Shown: positions 1 to 12,487 of the stretch, piece by piece
How the letters are laid out: every line of letters starts with the position of its first letter
Position numbering within the stretch: the stretch's first letter is position 1
Source: Vitrella brassicaformis CCMP3155
Taxonomy: Eukaryota > Protista > Chromerida
Length of the DNA stretch: 64,000 bases
NCBI GenBank assembly: GCA_001179505.1
Contig: CDMY01000323.1
Span: 1 to 64,000, forward strand
Direction of reading: 5' to 3'
Position numbers and translations under genes: made by a program
The notes under the pieces: model-generated
Seen by the model: only the letters and a program-made list of their open reading frames with translations
What the model was told of the DNA's origin: nothing
The model's database searches: none

Positions 1-472
1 CCCAGAAGAACTCACCCCACGCTTGGTCATCTTGCTGGCGCCGTCTGACGCGATGGCTGTCGGCATGTCGAACGTTGCGGCTGCGGAAACGTCGGTTTGG
101 TCAGATGCGACCTGCGAGGGGGGGGATGAAGACGATGACATGCCAAACCACCAGGAGAGAGTTGCAGAGTCGCTACTTCGGGGGTGGGGTTGGCACATGA
201 GATCTCTTCGGGAGTGCCGCCTTGTGGAGATCAGGAGAGGTCGAGAGTCAGATGCAGCGAGGAGAGAGGCAGTGAGGGGGGGTTTTCGTGCAGCTCTTGT
301 CCCACGACCCTTCTCCGTCACCAGATTTGTCGCTCAAAGGGAGAGACCCTCCCGATCTCCTCAGAAACGTGCGAGCTTGGAGTTGAAGCAGCAGCGGTTT
401 CATGGAGCACCCTAATCGAAACCCTCTGCGAGCTTCGAAGTAGATCTTCCGGCCTGCTTTCCATCCGCTGCG

Positions 473-1780
473 ATGTACAGCAACGCCCCACGCGCCGATT
501 TCACAAGAAAAAGGCACAGTCCGAAAATCCCGGATAACGAAGAGGTGAGAGGGAACGAAGAGGGTGGAAGGGAGAGAATGGGGAGATCTTCACGGCTTGT
601 CTACGTCGCTCGTTGCTTATTATCTGTTTCAGAAATGGCCAAGCCGATTGGTGTGATGTCTGATTTGGTGCCTGAGGAGCTCTGGCGTGAGCGCATTCTC
701 TCTTGCCTTCTCATCTGTGACATCATTGCCCTGCGAGCCGCCAGCAAGGCCAAGGCGGCCCTCGTGACGTCCGATGTGCCGCTACAGCGAATCGATGCGT
801 CCATCGACTGCAATGAAGTCAGAGGCCTCATCGATGTCGACCGCACCCCCACACACCTCGGTTATCTGCTGAGGTGCGCCTATGTGCTGGAGCAGGGCAG
901 CAGTGAGTGGCGCCGCATGGGCATGTTCATCCGAGTGGCCGCCATCTGTCAACTGGTACCCAGTGGGCTGCCCCTGGTGCTCTCGGTGGTCCATCTGTCC
1001 AGCCTGTCGGCCTTCCACGAGATGCCTCTTGCGATGGCCATCTACCGACTCATCGACGGCCAGCTGATGCACGAGGGAAAGACCTTTGAGCTCCGACAGG
1101 TCGACAACATCCACAGCACAGCCACATCCCGATCTCTGCTGACGAATTGGACATGTGGAGTGTGGCCGTCGCTGGGCGGCCGTCAGCCAGCAGCAGAGAG
1201 GGGCTATCGGATCGGCACTAGCGGGTCGTTTCGTGTGGTGTCATATGGGGATTTGCCAGACGGCCATCCTTATGCCGAGGGGTACAATGAAGGCGATCCC
1301 GTCGTCAAGTATGGCATGTTTTTTCGCTCTTTCACGGCATATCTGCTGTGGCGGGTGGCCAACCGGGGGGCGAGCAAGAAGAACGTGTTGTCTGCTTCCA
1401 TCCGCCTTTATGACGACCGCTATCAGTCTCTGCTGACAGCTGATGACATCCCGGAGTCGGAGGCGATTGTGGCAGACTGTCGGGACAATGGGGACTACTA
1501 TGACCGTCGAGACAGCGCGAGTGACTGGCGTCGTGTGGTTGTGAGCGGGTTTCGCCCCACCGATACCGTCGCAGCCGATGTGTTGCTGTGCGGCTGGAAT
1601 AGCCTCCTTTTCCACACAACCGAGACACCTGCCAGTGATGCACCCGTTGCCTCTTTCGCCTCTCTGGATGTGCGGTACCCCATCTCAGTGCCGTTGTGGC
1701 GTCAGATGCTGAGGCGATTCGACCTCGAGAGCGACGTCATCCGAAAAGGGAGGGTGATCGACTGCATGAGTGGAGAGTGA
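473..1780 (+). CDS. Intronless lineage-expanded protein with N-terminal F-box-like motif (copy 1); true start may be 578 or 635
   Basis: 435-aa ORF; VPEELWRERILSCLLICDIIALRAASK resembles the F-box consensus; shares LEQGSSEWR, DPV, SFTAY, DDRY, VVSG and TTE blocks with ORFs at 15374 and 56587. Confidence 0.8.
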   Translation: MYSNAPRADFTRKRHSPKIPDNEEVRGNEEGGRERMGRSSRLVYVARCLLSVSEMAKPIGVMSDLVPEELWRERILSCLLICDIIALRAASKAKAALVTSDVPLQRIDASIDCNEVRGLIDVDRTPTHLGYLLRCAYVLEQGSSEWRRMGMFIRVAAICQLVPSGLPLVLSVVHLSSLSAFHEMPLAMAIYRLIDGQLMHEGKTFELRQVDNIHSTATSRSLLTNWTCGVWPSLGGRQPAAERGYRIGTSGSFRVVSYGDLPDGHPYAEGYNEGDPVVKYGMFFRSFTAYLLWRVANRGASKKNVLSASIRLYDDRYQSLLTADDIPESEAIVADCRDNGDYYDRRDSASDWRRVVVSGFRPTDTVAADVLLCGWNSLLFHTTETPASDAPVASFASLDVRYPISVPLWRQMLRRFDLESDVIRKGRVIDCMSGE

Positions 1781-2463
1781 TACGCGAGGGGCAGTGGGTG
1801 ATGTGGGTCTTGCGATGAGTTGGCGACGGTGCTAGCTGCGTGGCTGTGTGTGAGTGGGCACTTCATAAGAGTGCGGCTTGCCATGGTTGGTATGGTTGGA
1901 CGTATCAGTGCATGTGTGTCTGTGTGTAGCGCTTACGTATGTGTCTGTACAATAGCTGCGTGCACGTTCTGTGAATTACTAGGGGGATAGAATATCTGTC
2001 TCTCATCAGATTCGATGAATGTGCATTGATTGAATGCATGGTTGTGGATGATGAATTGGTTGGGGATGGTGTTGCCTCTGGTTGAGGGTGGTTTTCGCAT
2101 TTCATTGGTTGGTGTCGTCGCAGGGAATCGCTCTGTGTACACGTGTGTGTGTGCCTGTGAATAGTTCATGACTGTGCACGGCTTCATGAGTGACTGTCTG
2201 ATAACCGTGTGATTCAATCGATATCGCATGATCAACTAGCTGGCCAAGCATCCACACTCAATCAACATCAATGGCATTACCCACTGTGTCGACTGGCCTA
2301 TCTGCATGACGAGACGAATCCAAGAGCTACACTTAGCTTAACTATCTCCAGCAACCAAGAGCTTACTTGCACCAACCCTACAGAAAGATGAGTCGGTCTC
2401 TCGAAGGAAAATGATTGCCACAAGGTCCAAAGTCCAGGGCACCTTCTGGCAGCCAGCTTAGGC

Positions 2464-5400
2464 CTAGAATGCAGCTGCAAAGACGTGAGTGTCAATGTTG
2501 ATGCCTGCGAAGCCGACAATGCCCCTCGTCAGCCCGTATGTGTCGGTCATGGCAGAAAGCTGAATGGTCAGCTCATGCAACGACTGAGCCTGCATCCATG
2601 ACAGAAGACCACGCACCACCATCATGTCCCATGTCTCTGTCTCTCTCTCCAGCCGACCTCGCTTCCCTTGCCTCACCCTCACAAAGGTGAAATCGAACCA
2701 CTGCGGACACGCCCAGACGACCCAATCAAATGCGTCCACCCTGAGGACCATCATCAGCAGCAGAGACAGCATCACAAAGAACAAGAGCGGCTCGATCACA
2801 AACTCGGTCAGAGCCTCCACTGATCAACCAAGGGAAAGGAAACACACCAGTGTGATGTGATGCGATGCGTGCGCATGTCCCCTGGTCAAGGTACTATCAT
2901 CTATACACTTACTGGAGCAGGCCAGCACAAAGTCTTGGTACACCAGATGTCTGCTACGGGTCTCTGTGCCCTCAGCCAGCTGTTCAGACAGAGCGAAGAG
3001 CAGTAGGAAGCCGCAGCATGCAAACCAGTACAGCAGCGCTATGGCCTGCATACGTGACGCACAGAGATCGAAGGCGTTGTGTATGTCTGTCTGTCTGTCT
3101 GTCTGTTTGATAGGTCGTGTTGGTTACGATGCCGATCCGCTCCTTGATCCGCCAACGACTCAACACGGCGATCTTTGCATCCAATGAAAAGTGGCCTGCA
3201 TCCATTCCACACAACACACACACAGACACACCCCTTACTGCCGAGCTCACAAAGATGACAACACACACTGTGCGGCATGTGGGTGCAGGCAGTCGACTGA
3301 TCACTCACCAGAGTGTCTGCCGGTGACGTCAGCGACGCGCCTGAGTGACTTGACGGAGATCTGCGGTCCTGTGAGGATCGCCATCCGCCTGCTCTCCGAT
3401 GGCATCGGTTTCATCGCCGTCCTGCCTCCGGTCGTATGGCCAAAGGCCGGGTGATGCGTGATACCTGCAGTAACCCATGTGCAATGTGCAATGTGCAAGA
3501 ACGAGACCGGCATATACCATGTCTCGATCTAAAGGGATCGCTTACGGCTTGCATCCGGGAGAAAGGGTATATGGGGGACCGTCTTGCGGAACAGGACTGT
3601 CCCATACAGACACAAAGGGTGAGGGTATATGTGTGTATGTAAGGGTATATGTATGTGTATGTTTTCCCCTTACAAAACAGGGCGATGGGCACCTTACAAA
3701 CACACACACACACACGCACGCACGCACAGACACACCTCTTCACCAGTCTGCCTGCGCATCCATCCATTTGGACGGTTCAATCAAGTGGTATTAATTGGTA
3801 TCATGCCAGAGGCATCCCCGACCCCCCCACTCAGTCACTCACCGGCTTGCTGAGAATGATTGCCCACAGCAGGACAACCAGCTGCCGAAGGGTGAATTTC
3901 CAGCTGATTCCTCCGGATTGGAAGCTCATGATAACACTGTCGGTGTCCCGCTGGCTCTGCTGGGTCTGGTTGAAGAACATCCCACACATCGCTATGATAC
4001 CCAGCGTGATGCTTCCTGATGCACAACGTGAGAACACGTCTTCGGCTGTGTAGGATGTCTTCTTTTGGGGTGCGAACCAAAGAACAAAGTGCGTTGCGTA
4101 GCCGTGTAGCTGAATTTGATTGATGTATGCGACCAGCCACACAGAGAGACACAGACAGGGCTATCGTGAAGACGGGGACGAATCGATCAATGAGTTTCCT
4201 GTCTTACGTGGGGTTGAGGATGAACAGCTTCTCAAGGCATGCACACAACCAGCCACATACCGAGAGCATACGAGCCTCCTTCCATGGATGTCTTTGTGCA
4301 CACGCGTCTACCTTGAGAAGGGGATGATCCCGTCGGCAGACTTCTTTGAAGATCTTCCCCGACGACCATTCGACGTACCTGAAGCACAATCTCTCAATTG
4401 GCCGCTTCCTCACGAACCCAATCTTATACGTACGTACTCAATCCTCCGCAGAGTGCGCGTCACCATCAGATCGACCTCTGCTTGAAGGTCACCCCACAGC
4501 TCCGCTATCGGTTTGCGTCTTGGCGAATCACGATGTGACGATGCCTCAGACGATGGCTCCATAATCGTGACCTGTCTCCTCATTCTCCCCCTGTCGCCCT
4601 CACCGATCGCAATCGACACGGGCCCGGCAACCTTGGGGCTCTCATCATCGCCATCACCGCGGGCTGCGGGTGACTGGCTGCCGATGCTGCCATCCCGATC
4701 TCCCTGCGGCCGCCACGCCGGCATTGGAGACGCTCTTGGCTCGCTGAAGACAATCATCGCGGCTTCAGAGGGCGCGCAGAAGGAGGAAGTGGGTGAGAAG
4801 ACGTCGCCAGCAGACGGCTGGGCCTGTGTCTGCTCCGGCTGCGGAATCTTCGACATCGACAGGTGCAGTGGCCCTTGCTGTACGGTCATGGTGCTCCCTT
4901 GCGTCTCGTAGTAGCTGCTTTGGCCCGCTTCGGTCATGATGCCCGACAGGTGCATGTCGATTGCACTGCTGAGAATGCCATCATCCGGTTCATTCCCAGC
5001 ATCGATGGGGCCGGGCTGTGTGCCCATCGGGCTCGTGCACGACCCCTGCCGCGGCCCATCTTGTGCCGTGGTCGTTGAGATGGCCCGCGTTGGGCGGTTG
5101 GCATTTCGGATCTTGGCCTGCCAGTCTCTGCGGAAGGTGCGCTGAATGAGCACGGCCGCCGCTTGCTGCCTTTGCAGCTCACGAAGGAGACGCTTGCGCA
5201 ACGCCTCCTTGAGGATCCCACTCCTGCACGCAGACAAAGGGGACCGAAGCAGATGATTTCAATGTACTCATTAAGGATGCGTGGCATACATACGTACTTG
5301 ATTAGAGTGACAGTCTGTTTTGGCGTCGTCTTGTTGAGCACCTTGCTAAATAAAGTGCTCGCCAGCGTACTCAACGAGCCGACGGGCCGCTTCTTGTTTC

Positions 5401-8400
5401 GCCGGTCGTTCTCCGCGTTGATGACGCCCTGCGCGGCTTGCATGTCCATCATGTCCATCGCGGCCTCCCTGTTGGATAAGCCGGGCAACACTACTTGCGA
5501 GGGATCCTCCCGGTCCTCGTCATCAGAAGAGCCGGTCCTTGCGAGAGAGACGGGCTTCTTGATTCGCTTTCTAGTCACTGATGCCGGGCTGTCTCTGTCC
5601 CCTTCATCTGGCATCGGCTGCTGCTCCTGCTCTACTTGCTCCTCCCCCGGCTTGTCTTGGTCGTTGCTGTCGGGCTGTGCCCGTGTCTCCGGCTGCGGAG
5701 GTGTGAAGTCTGCCATTCCTTTGGTGGTGGGTGTAAAGGTTTCTCCGAGGTACTGCAGATTGGCGGGCTCCCCCTTGGGCCACTGCTCCGGTGACACCAC
5801 AGCGGCTGCGCTGGCTGTGGGGGATGTGGGCATGACGACAGCCTGACGTCTGCGGTAGGTTGACTTGATGAAGTCGATCAGCCTGCATGAAAGGCGACAC
5901 AGAATAGTGTGTCGGGTGCAGCCAGCTGGAAGAGACAAACAAGCGCATACTCACCTCGGAATAGACTTGCGGAGTCTGTTTCGATACTCCTCTGTCGTTC
6001 GCCGCTCCTCCTTAACGTTAATGTCTTTGGGAATCTGTGGCGAAGAAAACAGCATCGAGAACTGACGAGACAGCCTTTATACAGCAGAGAGACAGCCAAA
6101 CGACGCACACACAGGAGCATCCCTTCATGATGGTGTATCTTCGGTTGATAGTAAGATGCTGCTTATCTTACCACCTCGCAAAACCGCGCATTGGCGCGTT
6201 TGACACAGCAGACCTGCCTGTGCCTCCGCTTTGAGAACTCATGTGGCTGCCTGTCCGCGCGCGAGCCAGCGGTTCCCGCACGTCAGACAGATATGGCGTA
6301 CTCCGCTCTGCAATCAGATCGTGTCGAACCGTCCTGAACGAGAGAATCAAGTGTGCATCTCCATTCGTACATATGATGCGGACAATCGACCTTATGGTGC
6401 GGAGTTCAGACAAGTGTAGTGTTGGCTCTCGTCTGCGGCAGTGGAAGAACAGCCCCCCGACAAAGCGGCAGATGAGGAAGTCGCACAAGAAGGAGTTGTA
6501 GCACGGGCCGTAGCAGCTCCGCATTGATTTGCGCAGCCTCGTGCGGGCCCTATGCTTCGCGTCCAACAGAGGGTCAGTCATCCTGATGTCGACACAGATC
6601 AGATCGGACAGATAGCCAGTGTGACGAGAATGATCCAAGACCGGATCTGACATCGCGTTCGTGTGTGACCAACCATATGTCGAGGAGGATTTGGTCGGTC
6701 ACACTGCAGGGGACATGGCAACACGTACACGGAAATGAGAGGACACGATGCGCTTACGGGTATTTGCAGTCAAAGTATAAGGACATTGCGAGGCACAGCA
6801 GATGGATGGACATCATGACAATCTGCACACACACACATACATCAATCCCTTTGTCCATCCGTCCACTTGGCACGATCCTCCTCTCACCACAAAAGCTGCA
6901 GCGTAGTTTTGAACCCATGCATTGGCATCGGCTATTCTTTTGATTGACGACTCGGTCAGCGCGCCCTCGATGTTGCTCTCCTTGATGACCGTTCTGAAGA
7001 GAGCCGAGAAGGAGGTGAGATGGGTGCACACGCAGCAGAGAGTGGCCGCATTCGACAGACTCTCGTTGACCCAGCAGCCTGTACACATATAAAGGCAATC
7101 GATTGGTGCAAATATACACGTATATACACGGACTGACCTCGTGTGTCCCACTGGTGCGTGGTGGTGTTCCAGAATCCGCATGCGACGTCAACTCTTGTGG
7201 TCAGGTTGGCAGCAGTGTCGTTGACTTGCAGCGATGCCACCTGGCTCTCACCAGGCCGAGGAATGAACAAACGGAACACCTCACCGACAGTGCTGGTGCC
7301 TTCCTGTTTCGCCACATTGACATCTGCGCCACATCGACGTACTGCCACACTCAGCGTCCCACGTTCTGCGCTCCTCAGTGTGTTGTTGGCCAGCACACTG
7401 AGATTGGCTGTTTGTTCCTCAAACGCAGCCGACGAGTAGGCGAAGGGATCCTCTGTCCAGAAGACCATCTGCACACTCTCGTTGTTGCTGCCACTGCCGT
7501 CGGCACACTGCCCGCCTGGCGGGATCATGGCGTCCAGTGATGATGGGAGAGCGACGGCAACAGAAGAATTCGCCGTCTCCGCCTTGTTGATCGTCAATGT
7601 GGCCCCTGTTGCTGCGTGTTCCTTGCGGACGACCTTGACGGATGTGGTCCTGGATGGGCTGGCTATCTCTCTCTCTTTGACAGCCGTCCGGCTGGCGGCA
7701 ATTGCTAGGCTGTCTCCCAGTTGAGCAGTGGAGGCCAAGACCTGCGACGCGAGATCGTGATGCTGATGCTGCGAGTCCATCTCGCCTCTCAGGCGGCGAT
7801 GTGTGCCGCCGGCGGCACACATGAGGCTTCGATTCAGCTGTCTGAAGAGGCCGGCTGCGGAGTCGAGGTAGTGTGAGAGCCCTAGGAGGGCCTTGCCGGT
7901 GCCATCTGTGGCGGTGCTGATGGTGCTGGCTGAGACGTTCGCAAGAATCGACAAGGCAGACACCCCTGCCGCCGCGGCGTCGATGTCGTCGCTCTCTGAA
8001 AACCCCTCACACAGACAACAATGAATGCAGGCTTGGTTTCTTTACTGTGTGCTTATCTATGTGCGTGGCTGCCAGCCTACCTGTCGTATCAGCAGCCTCG
8101 ATTGTACTGGTCAGTGTCACAGCCGACAGCAGCACCTCCCCAGGGCTACTTGACTCCTCACTCAGCCGTGTAGACCGCTCACTTGCTGCCACTTCCACCC
8201 GTCTGAGGAGGGCATTCACCACTCGTTTTCTTTCGGTCCCGTTGAGGGCAGCTACGCTGGCGCTGATGTTGGCGTTGTCGGCGCTGCTCAGCACACTGGC
8301 CACCGCGATGGCCTTGACGAGTCGACGACCAAACTCGTCCAGTGAGTGTACAGGGGGCGGTGTGGGCTGACTGTCTTCGTTGAGAAGTTCCCCGATCATG

Positions 8401-11400
8401 TCTTCGATTTCCGCTGGGTCGATGGCCCCCGGGTCCTGCAGTCAGTCAGTCAGTCAGACAGGCAGGCAGGCATAGCAATGCAGTGAGAGAGGGGCATAGC
8501 AGAAGATGGCTTCCAGGTTCTCCCACTGATCGGCTGACTGACCCTGAGTTTGTCCAGGTTGTCTGTGATGCTGTCAAAGTCCACGGGCGCCACTGAAGGC
8601 GTGGACAGTACATATAAATGTGTGAAATGTGTGGTAGCGGGAGACGCAGACCGTTGGTTCTTACGTGTGCAGGGCGATCCGGGGGAGGGACAGGTCCATC
8701 CAGGCTCGATCTCACAGTCACTGCTGCAGCCATCACCTGCACAGACAAATAGACCTGCCGTCTGTTGTCTGGATGTACAGGGACTTCCGACCATTGATCA
8801 GGTTGCCATCATCGCACTGCTCGGCGCCTCTGAGGCTTCCATCGCCGCACACAGCTGATACATACACACACACAGACACACACACACACATACACTTGTA
8901 CACATGTGGACACACACGACAGTGGTCTGTTTGATCCCGGGGCCATCGACCTACGAGAGCACGGCGACCCTGGAATTGGACACGTCCACCCAGGCTCGAT
9001 CTCACAAACACTACTGCAACCGTCACCTGCACAACGCATAGACGTGCCGTTGCCTGCCTGCTTAGCTGGGTGCCGACCATTGATGAGGTTGCTATCGTCG
9101 CATTGCTCCTGGCCCCTGACCCTTCCATCGCCGCACACAGCTGATACGAAGCCACATAAATGAACGAATATAGCCATGGTTTATCCCCTCCGTGGCGACT
9201 GATTGAGGGTGCCTACGAGAGCACGGCGACCCGGGGGCCGGACACGTCCATCCAACCTCCAACAGACAACGATCACTGCAACCATCACCTACAGGCACAC
9301 AGTCACACAGGCAGGCAACAAAGGGGAGCCGGCTTGCATGAATACTCCGTATCTGTTACCAGAGAATAGGTTGCCGTCATCACACTGATAGATACGGAGA
9401 ATACAACACACACATGCGTGACAGGCAGGGGGCCCATATTCCTTAGACCCGCCGTGTTGTGTCACTTACCTCCTCTGTCGGAACCACTACACGACCGTCT
9501 ATCAGTATCGGCTCGTTTCTCACCAGTAGACCATCGCCGCAGATCGCTGCATCAGACCCCAGTGTGTCCGTGTGTTTTCCTTCTCGTGCGCGGGCTTACA
9601 GTAGCATGGTTCTCCTGGTGTCAGGCACTGCCAGCCCGTCTCCTCGTGACACGTCTCACTGCACCCGTCTCCACTGTCAGTGTTGCCATCGTCACATGTC
9701 TCTGGGGCTACCACCACCCCATCCCCGCACACTTGGGCACCAAGCGTCACCACTACACACACACGACAATGTCGGATGCATCTCTTTCTCTCTCTCTCTG
9801 TGAGCCTATCCATGGACGCGTACCGACCGATGCAGTCAGTGAGACACTGACAGTCGCGGATGGCCGAGTCATATGCTGGGTCAGGTGTCTCCACCCATTT
9901 CGCCGGCTGGTCTATGTAGCTGGCCCATTTCAGGTGACACAGGCCGCTGGCTTGGTGGAAAGAGAATCCACCGCACAAAGGCACCGTGCGGCACTCGGTT
10001 GCGCAGGTATCGAATGTTTGATTGTCAGCGCTAACAAGTCCCTTGAGGTTGCCCCCAGCGAGGAGCGTGGCGTTCAGTCGTCGCATCAGGTTGCACGCTG
10101 CACCAGTCACCGAACCAGCACATGTGTTGGATACAGATGATGTCTCGCGTGCTACCACGCCCACCCACCTGGTTCAAGGACGAATGTGATTGCGTCGGCA
10201 GCGGAGGCATCGGCAGCATTTCCCGAAAAGTCCGTCACGTCAGCCGATGGACTCAGAGCGATGACGGCCTGGCCTGTCGAAAAGCCCACAGGAGCCTCGT
10301 CCATTCTCACCTCGACCTGGAAGGCATCGTCCCACCCCGGCCAAGTGGTCGACGGCGACGTTCCGGCTTGAAGCTGCTTGTGCAGGGTGACACTCTCGGC
10401 ACTGATGTTGGTGCAGAGAATGGCGATGTCGGAAGTAGCGATTTTTGTGACGGGCTCGGAAATGTGGACGTCGACGGAGACGTGGATGTGTGCGGGGTCG
10501 TCGTAGTGGTAGTTGAAGGTCCCGCCAGCGACCATGGCACCAGCCGCATCCAGTTTGCGCACAAAGGAGACACGGGGAGGGGTTGAGTCTGGAATATATT
10601 ACAGAGACGCCATCCATGACACGACACCCGCTATGGATAGCTGATGTACCTGTCCTGATGGCGCAGCTCCGGCTGCTCGAGACTGTCTTTGTGTCCGACG
10701 GCCCGGAGAGGTCGGCATCGCTGTAGAGGCGGCACGGGAAGGGCCGAGGATAGGATGCATCAAAAACAAAGATCTCACAGCTGGGCTCCTCGCGGCACAG
10801 ACGCGAGCACTTCCACCAATCGTTCACTGATGTACTCGATATCAGCCCGATGTCCTTTCCTTGAGACCACGCCATGCCACAACCTGCACACACGAGCAGA
10901 CGAAGAAAATCGGTAATCCGGGTGGGCTTTCCCCCACTGACTGACCAGAGTGCACAATAAGCTCATTTGACGGCGTGTTAGCCTGATCATCCGACGTCCG
11001 TCTGAAGACCATATCCTTCACCTGGACGGTGACCTGACCTTCCTGCACCGCCCATAGCCTCTCCTCAATCACGTGGTCATCCGGCTGACTGACCAACTCA
11101 ATAGCTCCCCCGACACCACCAACAGTCTGCCATGCGGACAGCTCATCGAATGGCGCCTCGAAGGTCAGATCTTTGATAGCATCGGAAAATCGGAGAGTGA
11201 TGTTGAACACAGTCGCCTCTGCGTCGGGAAAAGCCGTCTGTGTGGTTATCATCACTGTCGGGGGGTCCACTGTGGGTGGACGAGACAGGTATCCATCGAT
11301 GACGAGCAGCACGGCTCTACATGTCTGTGCTACATTTGTGGCTCACCGCAAAGAGGCGTCCGTTTCTCACACTGCCCCACAGACAAAGCACACAGATCAG

Positions 11401-12487
11401 GAACTCAACAACGTCGATGTCAACACGTGCATCCATCGATCCTCGGTAGTCTCACCATGGCTCTGTTATTGTCTTGGTCCCCTTCCTTCGTCTGCATGAC
11501 CAGATCCCTGTACTCAGACAACAGCAGACCGACACTCTCCACATCTCCCTCCGTGTAGGGCTTACCATGGCTCCTCATAATCACTGCCCCTGGCGAGAAT
11601 GATCCCACGATCGTTATTGCCGTACGTGTACGGTTCCCGGCCGTCCCATGCGATATTCCACAGACCCCTCGAGCTTCCCTCCCACTGCCATCCGCCGCCA
11701 GGGGACCAGTCGTCCCTAGCGGCAGCTGTGCCGCCAAGGTCGGGTATTCGCTTGGGCTGCTCATCCACATAGCTGCCCGTCTGCATTCATACCGACACGG
11801 CGCATTTGAGACAGGGCTGGTTTGCATGCATGGATGGAGCCATGTATTACTCGCTTGAGTCTGGCCCAATAGGCCTTGTTCTGGTCATTGCGACTCCGCA
11901 GCTGGTCTGCCTGAGCACACATTGCAGGCAGGACACGCCGTTGGGTACTTGAGAATTTTGCGGATTGGATACACCCACCAGCCATTGTGCCTCATAAGCA
12001 TCGTCAATCACCACCTGAACCACCCACAAAGACGGCCATGTATGTGTGTCACAGTGTGCATTATCAGTCTCCGAATTTCCATACGAGGTCGCCTATATAG
12101 GTCGGCTTTGACCAAAAGCAGGCCGATTTCAGTTCGTCATGCTTCTTCTTTATGCCATTGTCCCAGTAATAACGTGAGCAGCTCCGGGGCCGTTGCACCC
12201 AGTCATCTGCAGAGAGACGGAGACCAGAAGATATCAGTCATTTGCATGGTGTCTTTCAATTTTCCACCCACCAGGCCACTTCACATCCTGCACACACATT
12301 GATGACGTCTTCTACCAGGTGTTTCATCTAGTGTGTGTGCATCGTGATGGTCTTTTCAACCCACCTCGAATAATTCGTCATCGTCGGCGCGTGACACTGC
12401 GGTGAATAGATGGAGGAGCAACAAGATGAAAGCAAGAGAACGACGTGGAGATGGCGTGGTCCATGGATGAATGCAATGCTCATTCAT
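2464..12487 (-). CDS. Multi-exon polycystin-1/adhesion-receptor-like protein: signal peptide, 2 Ig-like, 2 PAN/apple, 4 Myxococcus-type Cys-rich (DUF4215-like) repeats, GAIN/GPS, about 5 TM, IQ-like motif
   Basis: Exon 1 MNEHCIHPWTTPSPRRSLAFILLLLHLFTAVSRA; PAN-like CATECRTVPLCGGFSFHQASGLCHLK and CSRLCREEPSCEIFVF; VCGDG..CDDGN..GDGCS repeats at 8660-9740; spliced GPS ACGFWNTTTHQWDTRGCW..CCVCTHLTSFSAL; hydrophobic exons near 6770, 3990, 3850, 3020 and 2780; stop at 2464. Confidence 0.8.
6996..7185 (-). other. GPS (GPCR proteolysis site) motif split by a 59-nt phase-1 intron (7079-7137)
   Basis: C-G-F-W...W...G|C...C-V-C-T-H-L-T-S-F; His codon at 7020-7022. Confidence 0.9.
8660..9740 (-). repeat. 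Four tandem Cys-rich (DUF4215-like) coding repeats, three split by introns
   Basis: VCGDGVVVAPETCDDGNTDSGDGCS; AICGDG..CDDGNLFSG|DGCSDRC; AVCGDGRVRGQEQCDDSNLING|DGCSSVCEIEPGWTC; AVCGDGSLRGAEQCDDGNLING|DGCSSDCEIEPGWTC. Confidence 0.9.

Noticed and set aside
23-415. 130-aa plus-strand ORF at the window start
   Set aside because: No recognisable motif or splice support; could be the tail of an upstream gene but cannot be supported here
3039-4152. Many overlapping 70-130-aa ORFs rich in C/V/H/T (also 39130-40700 and 50300-51200)
   Set aside because: Translations of (TG)n/(CA)n/(GACA)n microsatellites or antisense of real exons
4410-5237. Apparent stop ending the GPS receptor at 4410
   Set aside because: A GT donor after ..RRIE and in-frame downstream TM exons explain it as intron read-through; kept as one gene pending cDNA
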